Part shown: one piece after another, positions 19,410-27,994 of the stretch
Numbering within the stretch: the stretch's first letter is position 1
How the letters are laid out: each line of letters starts with the position of its first letter
Origin: a virus
Taxonomy: Duplodnaviria > Caudoviricetes
Reading direction: 5' to 3' (one strand)
Virus record (IMG/VR): IMGVR_UViG_3300034061_004620
Length of the DNA: 64,000 bases
The notes under the pieces: model-generated
Told to the model about the DNA's origin: nothing
Databases searched by the model: none
Seen by the model: the letters and a program-made list of their open reading frames with translations, nothing else
Position numbers and translations under genes: made by a program

Positions 19410-20276
19410 ATGACCCATTACGCAACTTTAGGTGTTAGCGAAACAGCCAGTCAAGACGAAATTAAACGAGCTTATCGCAAGCTCGCCATGCAGCATCATC
19501 CCGATAAAGGTGGTGACACTAATAAATTCCAAGAAATTCAATCAGCTTACGATGTCATAGGTGACGAACAACATCGTGCTCATTATGATGCTGAGCGTAG
19601 ACATGGCGGAATAAGATTTAACATTAATGGCCAAGATTTTGGCGGCGGTATGCCGCCGGGCATGGAGGACATGCTTCGAAACTTTGGATTCGCTTTTGGG
19701 CAAGATTTTGGTGGTACACGAGGGGATCCTTTTGGTGCATTTAGACAACCAAGGCGTAATAAAGATATGCAGGTTGATATTGTTGTACCACTGTCGACTA
19801 CTTTAAACGATCAACAAAAAACAATAAGCATACAAACCACAAATGGTGGTCGACAAGCTGTTGATGTACGTATTCCTAAAGGAGTACGTGCAAACACCAC
19901 AATCAAATATCCCAATCTTGGAGACAACTTTTTTGAAAGTTTACCAAGAGGCGATTTGTTTATCAAAATTCAAGTGGAGAATGATACACTGTTCCAGGTT
20001 GATAATTTAGATTTGATACACACTGTAGAGATTGATTGTGTGCGGGCCATGGTTGGTGAGCACATCACTGTAAATGGCATCGACAATCGACAGTTTGAAT
20101 TAACAATACCACCAGGTACACAAAATGGCACCAAGTTTAGAATAAGCAATCAAGGATTATATGCAATGGACCAAAATATTAGGGGTTCACTCTTGATTTC
20201 TGTTAAAATAACTATTCCAACTCATCTCAATGATGAACAAAAACAAACTCTAAAAAACTTGTTTTCCCTTCACTAA
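19410..20276 (+). CDS. dnaJ: DnaJ/CbpA-type (class II) co-chaperone
   Basis: J-domain with HPD (QHHPDKGGD), G/F-rich linker, C-terminal IPPGTQNG; no zinc finger. Confidence 0.9.
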   Translation: MTHYATLGVSETASQDEIKRAYRKLAMQHHPDKGGDTNKFQEIQSAYDVIGDEQHRAHYDAERRHGGIRFNINGQDFGGGMPPGMEDMLRNFGFAFGQDFGGTRGDPFGAFRQPRRNKDMQVDIVVPLSTTLNDQQKTISIQTTNGGRQAVDVRIPKGVRANTTIKYPNLGDNFFESLPRGDLFIKIQVENDTLFQVDNLDLIHTVEIDCVRAMVGEHITVNGIDNRQFELTIPPGTQNGTKFRISNQGLYAMDQNIRGSLLISVKITIPTHLNDEQKQTLKNLFSLH

Positions 20277-20278
20277 AT

Positions 20279-22573
20279 ATGGATATGTTACAAACTAACT
20301 CAGAAATAGATCATGTCATTGAAGAAGCGACTCAATTGGCAATCAAACTCAGTCACGAGTATGTGACTCTCGAACATGTGTTTTTATCCATGCTTAGATA
20401 TGAACCATTTAGAGATTTACTTGTTAATTACGGTGCCGACGTAGATGCACTGGAAAATGATTTAGATGCTTATCTACTTTCACAAATTGATCTGGTCAGT
20501 GTTGACGGAGAACCAAAAAAAACTCATGCTCTCGAAAGAACTTTCAATCGGGCATTCACGCAGGTGTTGTTCAGTGCCAGAACTCACATAACACTAATTG
20601 ACTTGTTTCTTAGTATCCATGCCGAAAATAATAGTTATGCACACTATTTCATGGTCAAGTATGGGTTAGAACGTGCCAAACTTGTAGAACTTTATAATAA
20701 ATCTTACAAAAGCGATTCCAGTAAAACAATTACTGATACTTCAAGGGCAGATAAAGTACTGGAACACTTTTGCACCAATTTAAATAAATTGGCCACAGAC
20801 GGAAAAATTGATCCAGTTATTGGTAGAAATTATGAAACAAATGAAATAGTAGAAGTATTGGCACGTAGAAACAAAAATAATGTGTTGTTAATCGGAGATC
20901 CTGGTGTTGGTAAAACTGCTATAGCAGAAGGATTGGCGCTGTCGATTACTCTCAAAACAGTACCTTCATATCTACACGACTATACAGTTTACAATCTTGA
21001 CATTGGCACTATACTTGCCGGAAGCAAGTACCGAGGTGACTTTGAAGAAAAGATTCAAGAAATAATCGCAGCTCTTACAGTAAAAGGCAAAGCAATACTA
21101 TTCATTGACGAAGCTCATCAGATGCGCGGTGCTGGATCAGGAAGTAACAGTGGACCTGATTTTAGTAATATGATAAAGCCTGCACTGGCTAAAGGAAAAA
21201 TAAAAGTTATAGCAAGCACCACTTGGGAAGAGTACACAACAACATTCGAAAAAGATCGTGCGCTGATGCGTAGGTTCCAGCGTATTACAGTTGATGAACC
21301 AAGTCCGCAAGTGGCCAAAGATATTTTATACGGACTGAGATCTCATTTTGAGAAATTTCACAACGGAACAATTAGCGACAGTGCCATTGAAGCAGCAGTT
21401 GATTTGAGTGTAAGATATCAAACAGATAAAAAACTTCCAGACAAAGCTCTTGACCTTGTTGACATATGTTGTGCAAAACGTAAACTATCTCAATCAAGTT
21501 GGGTTGTAAATAGATCGGACATAGTTGATGCATTAAGCAAAATGACCAAGATTCCTGCGGAACAAATTGGCAGCACAGAAAACACCAAGGGCATAGAAAA
21601 TCTTGAAGTGAAAATCAAAGATAAACTTTTTGGTCAGGACAATGCAGTAGAATCTGTTTTAGAAAAAATTTATGTAAGTAGAGCAGGTTTAAAATCAATC
21701 AATAAACCAATTGGTAATTTTCTATTTTTAGGACCCACTGGTACAGGTAAAACAGAACTGGCGAAACTTTTAGCGGAAAATTTAGGAATGAAGTTAATAC
21801 GCTACGATATGAGTGAATATCAAGAGCGTCATGCTGTTGCCAAACTTATCGGAGCTCCTCCGGGTTATGTTGGATATGATGATGGTAATTTGGGCGGCGG
21901 ATTGCTTATTTCGGACGTCGAAAAGAATCCTAACTCCATTATCCTAATGGATGAGATTGAAAAAGCACATCCCGATGTTAGTAATATTCTATTGCAAATG
22001 ATGGACGAAGGCACCATTACCAGTAGCAATGGTAAAAAAGCAGATTGTAGAAACTCAATTATTATATTAACAAGTAATCTTGGCGCAGCTGACAATGATA
22101 GAAACACCATTGGATTTACTACTGCATTGGAGCGCGAAGGTGAAGATGACAAAGCTGTTAAAGACTTTTTTAAACCAGAATTTAGAAATAGATTAGACGG
22201 GGTAGTAAAATTTGGTAAACTTGATAATTTGAGTATGAGAAAAATTGTCAATAAGTTTATTAACGAACTTAACGACTTACTACAAGATAAACAATTACGA
22301 GTACGACTGACTGAAAAGGCAGTTGATGAATTGGTAATTAACGGGTTTGATCCTAAAATGGGCGCAAGACCGTTACAACGTAAAATTAACGATGTAATTA
22401 AGGTTCCACTTAGTAAAAAGATTTTATTTGAAAATATTACATCAGGTAGCACTATAATTGTTGATTTTTCCAACAAAGAATTCGTATTTCAAACAGTAGA
22501 AACTTCTAACCTTCACCATAGAATAGACGAAAATGGATATATCGTATTGGAAGAACCTATCTCCAAGTATTGA
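20279..22573 (+). CDS. clpA: ClpA-type Hsp100 AAA+ unfoldase
   Basis: Clp N-domain, GDPGVGKT and GPTGTGKT Walker A motifs, LIGAPPGYVG, IGF ClpP-docking loop. Confidence 0.92.
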   Translation: MDMLQTNSEIDHVIEEATQLAIKLSHEYVTLEHVFLSMLRYEPFRDLLVNYGADVDALENDLDAYLLSQIDLVSVDGEPKKTHALERTFNRAFTQVLFSARTHITLIDLFLSIHAENNSYAHYFMVKYGLERAKLVELYNKSYKSDSSKTITDTSRADKVLEHFCTNLNKLATDGKIDPVIGRNYETNEIVEVLARRNKNNVLLIGDPGVGKTAIAEGLALSITLKTVPSYLHDYTVYNLDIGTILAGSKYRGDFEEKIQEIIAALTVKGKAILFIDEAHQMRGAGSGSNSGPDFSNMIKPALAKGKIKVIASTTWEEYTTTFEKDRALMRRFQRITVDEPSPQVAKDILYGLRSHFEKFHNGTISDSAIEAAVDLSVRYQTDKKLPDKALDLVDICCAKRKLSQSSWVVNRSDIVDALSKMTKIPAEQIGSTENTKGIENLEVKIKDKLFGQDNAVESVLEKIYVSRAGLKSINKPIGNFLFLGPTGTGKTELAKLLAENLGMKLIRYDMSEYQERHAVAKLIGAPPGYVGYDDGNLGGGLLISDVEKNPNSIILMDEIEKAHPDVSNILLQMMDEGTITSSNGKKADCRNSIIILTSNLGAADNDRNTIGFTTALEREGEDDKAVKDFFKPEFRNRLDGVVKFGKLDNLSMRKIVNKFINELNDLLQDKQLRVRLTEKAVDELVINGFDPKMGARPLQRKINDVIKVPLSKKILFENITSGSTIIVDFSNKEFVFQTVETSNLHHRIDENGYIVLEEPISKY

Positions 22574-23255
22574 AGTATTATCATCAACTAAACAATTTTA
22601 CAATCAATATTATTACAGACTGGACATTTATGCTCCAGGTTGCAAGAGTATCAGGTGTAATGATATAGCCATTGACATTGGCAAACGTCTTGGGTGGGTG
22701 CGCGACTATAAAAGACAAGGTTCGTGGCATAACAAGCAATTGTTTAAATACCTCAAAGAAGCAGATGTCGGATTTCTACATAGCCTCAGTAATCTTTACT
22801 ACGAGTACCCCGACGTAAAGATACGTACTGAAGAACCAAAAATATCTGTTTATGCCACAGATGAGTTAATGATCAAATCAGTTGCTCAATCAATTGATCC
22901 GGATAATAGGAGTAAGATAACATCTATTACCGGTCCTGAAAACAACGAAATCAAAGCTATTTTAGATAAACATGTTGTCTTAGTTAAAAAGCCTCCAAAA
23001 TATAAGTATAGAATATGGTTTAAAGAAAAACAGTTCTCATACGATACCAGAACTCAGATTCTATCTTATCTACAAAGTTTGGGAGATCTGGTAAGAATTA
23101 ATCAACACACCACAGAAAGTTTGAGCAGACCTCATGACTGGATTTGGGGTTCGTATTTTTATTCAAATGATCGACATGTGGCTACATTTATTACTCTTAT
23201 TAATCCAGATATAATTAGAGAAGTTTCAGAGCTGGTTTGCTTGGATAATAAATAA
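22533..23255 (+). CDS. Hypothetical protein
   Basis: 240 aa ORF overlapping the clpA end. Confidence 0.65.
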   Translation: MDISYWKNLSPSIEVLSSTKQFYNQYYYRLDIYAPGCKSIRCNDIAIDIGKRLGWVRDYKRQGSWHNKQLFKYLKEADVGFLHSLSNLYYEYPDVKIRTEEPKISVYATDELMIKSVAQSIDPDNRSKITSITGPENNEIKAILDKHVVLVKKPPKYKYRIWFKEKQFSYDTRTQILSYLQSLGDLVRINQHTTESLSRPHDWIWGSYFYSNDRHVATFITLINPDIIREVSELVCLDNK

Positions 23256-23278
23256 TACTATTATTCAAGGAAGCCCAA

Positions 23279-23449
23279 ATGGCAAAAATACATGAAGAGG
23301 TAATTGTTATTACCATAAGCAAATTAGTAAAAGACTCTGATGCCGTAGATGCACCCGATCTTGCCAACAGCGAGATTATTGCAGCTTTAGGATCAGTAGC
23401 AGAAGAATTGTTTGGCAACGGTGTTGTTGTCGAAGTAAACAAAGCCTAA
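23279..23449 (+). CDS. Small hypothetical protein (56 aa, MAKIHEEVIVITISKLVKD...)
   Basis: Translated by hand; TAAATA at 23249 and an AAGGA SD. Confidence 0.7.
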   Translation: MAKIHEEVIVITISKLVKDSDAVDAPDLANSEIIAALGSVAEELFGNGVVVEVNKA

Positions 23450-23475
23450 TCAAAATTTAACCAAGAGAGAAATCA

Positions 23476-24411
23476 ATGACCAAAAAAGTAATTGGAGACA
23501 ATGCATCCACACAAGCCGATGCTGTAGCTGCTATCAAAGCAGCAGCTGAACAAAAACAACAATCAACACCTCAGCAAGATGCTGTGTCGTTAATCAAACA
23601 AGCGGCTGCACAACGTTCTGCCCAACAGGCTCAACCACAAGGACAACCTTTTGATTTTAGTAAATGTCACTTGCATATTGGTATGCCGTGTTATGGTGGC
23701 AACGTAAGTGAACCAACAATGACATCTTTGCTAAGATTTATTCTGATGGCTCAACAAGTTGGTTTAAACTGGTCATTAGACACAATGGTGAACGAGAGTT
23801 TGGTTACCCGAGCACGTAACAATCTTATGGCTAAAATGATGACCAATCAAGCAGCAACACATTTTATGTTCATTGATGCCGATATTAGATTTCAACCTGA
23901 GTCAATACTACAAATGATAGCTTGTGACAAGGATGTAATTGGCGGTCTGTATCCTAAAAAAGCATTACCTGTTAACTATGTAATCAATCTCAAGCCAGAA
24001 ACAAAAGTACAAGGCGACATCTTTACTGTAGACACCATGGGCACAGGTTTCTTGCTGTTCAAGCGGCACGTATACGAAAAGCTTTGTACAGCACATCCTG
24101 AATGCAAATATGTTGATGATGTAGGATTGGGCAAACAGTACGAACCAACCATGTTCAGTATCTTTGATGTAGCCATTGACGAAAAAGGTCACTACTTGAG
24201 TGAAGATTGGCTGTTCTGTCGTAGATGGAGCAAGTTGGGTGGTGAGATTTGGGCACACGGCAAAGTGTTGCTGAATCATATTGGACATTACGAGTTTGTA
24301 GGCGATCTGAGCAAAATGCCGCAATTTGGTCAGCCAGTTACTGATGCTGCCTCTGGCGCACCACGAGCACTTCAAGATGCAATTCAAATGGCTCAAAAAG
24401 TGCCAGGGTAA
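23476..24411 (+). CDS. GT-A fold glycosyltransferase-like protein with Q/A-rich N-terminal extension
   Basis: IGMPCYGG, ESLVTRARN, THFMFIDADIRF (DxD), YLSEDWLFC. Confidence 0.7.
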   Translation: MTKKVIGDNASTQADAVAAIKAAAEQKQQSTPQQDAVSLIKQAAAQRSAQQAQPQGQPFDFSKCHLHIGMPCYGGNVSEPTMTSLLRFILMAQQVGLNWSLDTMVNESLVTRARNNLMAKMMTNQAATHFMFIDADIRFQPESILQMIACDKDVIGGLYPKKALPVNYVINLKPETKVQGDIFTVDTMGTGFLLFKRHVYEKLCTAHPECKYVDDVGLGKQYEPTMFSIFDVAIDEKGHYLSEDWLFCRRWSKLGGEIWAHGKVLLNHIGHYEFVGDLSKMPQFGQPVTDAASGAPRALQDAIQMAQKVPG

Positions 24412-24422
24412 GAGGATATAAT

Positions 24423-24905
24423 ATGCATGATAAAGAAACTTTAAATTTTAAATTTGGACTTAGTGGGTCTTCTACTAAAAAACAACCAGAATTTAAAATA
24501 AGTATCAACGGCAAAAAATTTATACATGAAAAAATTCGCGGCCAAGTAAACGAAACTGAATTTTTTGAATTTGATGCGGAAATCGATCAAGAATCAAATA
24601 CCATAGAGATAGAACTTTTAAACAAAGGGTTTGGCGATACTGTGATCGATTCTGACGGTAATATTATCCAAGATTTACTTCTTAATATAGATACTATTGA
24701 AATTGATCAAATCGAGTTAGGCCCTTTAAAGTGGTCGCTTAGTGAATATTATCCAGAATACCCAGAACGATACAAATCTGACGTATTCCGTAAGGGCGAA
24801 ACGTTGCCGGAATCCGTTAATAACTGTGTTAACTTAGGGTGGAATGGTACTTGGAAATTGCCGTTCACAAGTCCATTCTACATTTGGCTACTCGAAAACA
24901 TTTAA
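24423..24905 (+). CDS. Hypothetical beta-rich protein
   Basis: GAGG SD; acidic beta-sandwich-like pattern. Confidence 0.65.
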   Translation: MHDKETLNFKFGLSGSSTKKQPEFKISINGKKFIHEKIRGQVNETEFFEFDAEIDQESNTIEIELLNKGFGDTVIDSDGNIIQDLLLNIDTIEIDQIELGPLKWSLSEYYPEYPERYKSDVFRKGETLPESVNNCVNLGWNGTWKLPFTSPFYIWLLENI

Positions 24906-24934
24906 GCTAAATACAGCAATATAATGGATTTTCC

Positions 24935-25840
24935 ATGCTCATTGCTGATCTTTTTGAATCTTATGTTGCAGAAGCCGGCCCTCGGTTAGTAGTACTATAT
25001 CCTGGACGTTTTCAACCGTTCCATCTTGGGCATGGAGAAGTATTTCATAGTCTACAGGGTAAGTTTGGTAGAGATAATGTTTTTATAGCTACCAGTAACA
25101 AAGTAGAACTTCCTAAAAGTCCATTTAACTTTTCAGACAAAACAGTATTCATGCATGCGGCTGGTATACCCAGCGATCGTATCATCGAAGTAACAAATCC
25201 GTACAAACTCCCAGAACCTCAGTTCAATCCTGCTAATACTATTTTCATAGCAGCAGTAGGTGCACCAGACCGAGATAGACTTCGTCCTGACAGTGTTAAA
25301 AAAGATGGTAATCCTGGCTACTTCAAAACTTTCGAAAGTTTAGACAAATGCACTACAGCTGACAAGCACGGATATGTGGTCATTGCAGATGAACGTCAAA
25401 AAGTTATTACAATAAACAATCAACCAGTAGATGTTAGTCACGGCACCCCGGCTCGAGCTGCATGGAACGCAGTGAGAAATGACCCCAAAGGCAGATCAGA
25501 ATATTTACTACAAATGTACGGCAGAGATGATGCCGAACTGGGTAGAATCTTAGACAAAATTCCACAAACTGTAAATGAAGAGGCAGCCGGAGTAGGAGTG
25601 GTAAAAAATAGCAAAGATCCGCGTTATGTGATGGCTACCATGGGTGATGATAATGATGTTAATGCCAGTACGTTACCACGTATGATGGCAGGTTATCATC
25701 TTACTAAGAAATATAAAAAACTCAAAGAAGAAATTGATACACTTAAGGAAAAATGGTCAGCCAAATACAAGCGTTCAATCAATTGCAGTAATCCACGAGG
25801 GTTCAGTCAGCGAGCACACTGCCAGGGCAGGAAAAAATAA
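24935..25840 (+). CDS. HIGH-motif nucleotidyltransferase (cytidyltransferase-like) fused to short C-terminal modules
   Basis: YPGRFQPFHLGH; TAAATA at 24908; C-terminal KWSAKYKRSINCSNPRGFSQRAHCQGRKK. Confidence 0.75.
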   Translation: MLIADLFESYVAEAGPRLVVLYPGRFQPFHLGHGEVFHSLQGKFGRDNVFIATSNKVELPKSPFNFSDKTVFMHAAGIPSDRIIEVTNPYKLPEPQFNPANTIFIAAVGAPDRDRLRPDSVKKDGNPGYFKTFESLDKCTTADKHGYVVIADERQKVITINNQPVDVSHGTPARAAWNAVRNDPKGRSEYLLQMYGRDDAELGRILDKIPQTVNEEAAGVGVVKNSKDPRYVMATMGDDNDVNASTLPRMMAGYHLTKKYKKLKEEIDTLKEKWSAKYKRSINCSNPRGFSQRAHCQGRKK

Positions 25841-26148
25841 TGTTTCAAAGGCACATGCGTTTTGATGTATTATGTCATTGGAGCGGGGAGCCACCAATAT
25901 ACAGAATATATGTAGACAACGACATGATAGTAGAACGCACATTTGGTTGGGCCGGTTATGATTATTACATACAAGAAAACATGGTTTGTGATTTAATACC
26001 CGGCGTGCATTGTGTACGAATTGAAAATTGTTCTGACAACGGTAATTTTCAGTTGCAAAGATTGCTTGTGGACAATGTAGAAATGCCAAGACAGCCTGGT
26101 AAAGACGGTTATGAGAACAAACAGTGGACCTTTGCTTGTAACTACTAA
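25840..26148 (+). CDS. Hypothetical beta-rich protein
   Basis: ORF coupled to the upstream gene. Confidence 0.6.
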   Translation: MFQRHMRFDVLCHWSGEPPIYRIYVDNDMIVERTFGWAGYDYYIQENMVCDLIPGVHCVRIENCSDNGNFQLQRLLVDNVEMPRQPGKDGYENKQWTFACNY

Positions 26149-26173
26149 ATATTAAATATGGTAAGGTAAAGTT

Positions 26174-26905
26174 ATGAAAACAACAGAATTTGTAGTAGAA
26201 AGTAGCGTTATTGCACAAGAAGCCGATGACATGCATCGCGATCACGAAGTCCAAATGGCTCGTAGTCAAATGTACAGTGCAGCACAAGCTGCAATTGAAA
26301 TCCATCGCTTGTTAAAAGACATCAGCGAAATGGAAGGTCTCGAAGGGTGGGTTCAAAGCAAACTAACACTTGCCAGTGAGTACTTGGAAAGTGTTCGAGA
26401 TTATATGAAATATGAGGCAGCGAGTGAACAAGCAGAATTAATGCCGTTTGCTGAAAGTGCTGCTAACTATGCTCTTAATCGATTACTCGTAGAAAAAAAA
26501 GTAAAAGAACAAACTACTACAACACCAACTATAGGCGGGATGAGTAAAACTACTGATGCTAAGGCCGGTACAACAACTACTAATTATAATGTGGGCGATC
26601 TCAGTATCTCGCAAACCAAACGCCCAGATCAGAGCACTGTGCAATCTGCGTCGTACGATATGGGTCCTGCAGGTACTGTACGCAGAGATAAAGGTATAGG
26701 ATTTGATGTAACAACCAAGACTCCTTATCAACCAAAAGACGACACAGAACAGGTAAATGAAACAGCCAGTGCAGGAGCGAGTGGCGCAGGCGGTATTGCA
26801 ACAAGTATGGCAGGTCCTGCTGGCAAGCCTGGAACAGGCAAGCCAAAGAAGATTGCTAATGCACACAAGCCAAAAAAAATCAGTGTAGGTAAAGGCGTTT
26901 ACTAA
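26174..26905 (+). CDS. Modular late protein, putative internal head protein
   Basis: Two TAAATA upstream; N-terminus MKTTEFVVE resembles the T4 capsid-targeting sequence. Confidence 0.65.
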   Translation: MKTTEFVVESSVIAQEADDMHRDHEVQMARSQMYSAAQAAIEIHRLLKDISEMEGLEGWVQSKLTLASEYLESVRDYMKYEAASEQAELMPFAESAANYALNRLLVEKKVKEQTTTTPTIGGMSKTTDAKAGTTTTNYNVGDLSISQTKRPDQSTVQSASYDMGPAGTVRRDKGIGFDVTTKTPYQPKDDTEQVNETASAGASGAGGIATSMAGPAGKPGTGKPKKIANAHKPKKISVGKGVY

Positions 26906-27993
26906 TGAGCGACATGCGTCATTTGCTTGAAAAGATGAACAAGTTTGCCGGCGAGAAAGTTGGCCAAAAACCTGGCGACCAAGTACGTGGCAGCGAACCT
27001 ATGCCTCGCAAAGGTACAAAGAAGCACCCTTATGCAGGTAGATTGGTTGGCGCTAACGAAAGCTCAGACAATCTTCTTAAAGAACTAACACAGACAATAA
27101 ACAAAGATCCTGTTAAAAGAGATTTGTTTGTTGAATGGCACGAGTACAAAGAAGGGTTTGACAGCACATTAAAATCAGCAACCGACAAAATTGTTTCTGC
27201 TGGCGGTGCTACACGAGATGCAATTGCTGGTGCAATAGATTCTATTCCGAGACCATTTGATGAAAAAGAAGTAGCCAAAGATCTGTCGCAAGTGCAACGC
27301 ACACAACCTGAATCCAACTGGCGTAAGACAGAAAAAAAAGTACAAGAAGCTGATGACGACTATGAAGAAGTTGATGTAATAATGCGTGGGCCAGCTGGAG
27401 TAACTGATTACGATAAAATTGAATTCACGCATAGATATAAGGACGGAAGAGAAGTACCGGTACCAGTAGGTTCATATTATCATGACAAGTGGTATAGAGC
27501 ATTTACTGGAAAAGAAACACCAATGACACAGGAACTGATCCGAGGCATGCAAGCTCCTGTCAGGCGTGGTAAAGAATTCGTTCCAAAGGAACCCAACACA
27601 GTGCAAGATGTTAAGATTCCCGGCCAAGACAAAGGAAGATATCGCGCACCATTGCCCAATTGGGCAGAAACAGATAGTCCTATTTCAGAATGGGGTGCAG
27701 CAGGAACGGCGGTGGGACCAGGCAACGATGATGCTGACCCGGTTGAAATTGCTGCACAACGAGCACAACAAGTGGCCGGCAAACGAGATCAACAAAATCA
27801 AATTGCTGGATTGATAGCCCAAGTTAACGGCGCTCGAGCAGAATTGGCAGGTCTGAACAGGCAGTTCCCTCAAGGTGCCAATCCTGTAGAGAAAACAATG
27901 AGTATGCAACAGATGCAAGGACAAAAAGTAGCGTTAGGCAGACAAATAGAAGACCTTATGCGACAGGTAGCAGGACTAAGAGGGCAAGCGTAA
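26905..27993 (+). CDS. Modular late protein, putative internal head protein
   Basis: N-terminus MSDMRHLLE; segments bounded by V/I-x-E. Confidence 0.6.
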   Translation: MSDMRHLLEKMNKFAGEKVGQKPGDQVRGSEPMPRKGTKKHPYAGRLVGANESSDNLLKELTQTINKDPVKRDLFVEWHEYKEGFDSTLKSATDKIVSAGGATRDAIAGAIDSIPRPFDEKEVAKDLSQVQRTQPESNWRKTEKKVQEADDDYEEVDVIMRGPAGVTDYDKIEFTHRYKDGREVPVPVGSYYHDKWYRAFTGKETPMTQELIRGMQAPVRRGKEFVPKEPNTVQDVKIPGQDKGRYRAPLPNWAETDSPISEWGAAGTAVGPGNDDADPVEIAAQRAQQVAGKRDQQNQIAGLIAQVNGARAELAGLNRQFPQGANPVEKTMSMQQMQGQKVALGRQIEDLMRQVAGLRGQA

Positions 27994-27994
27994 A

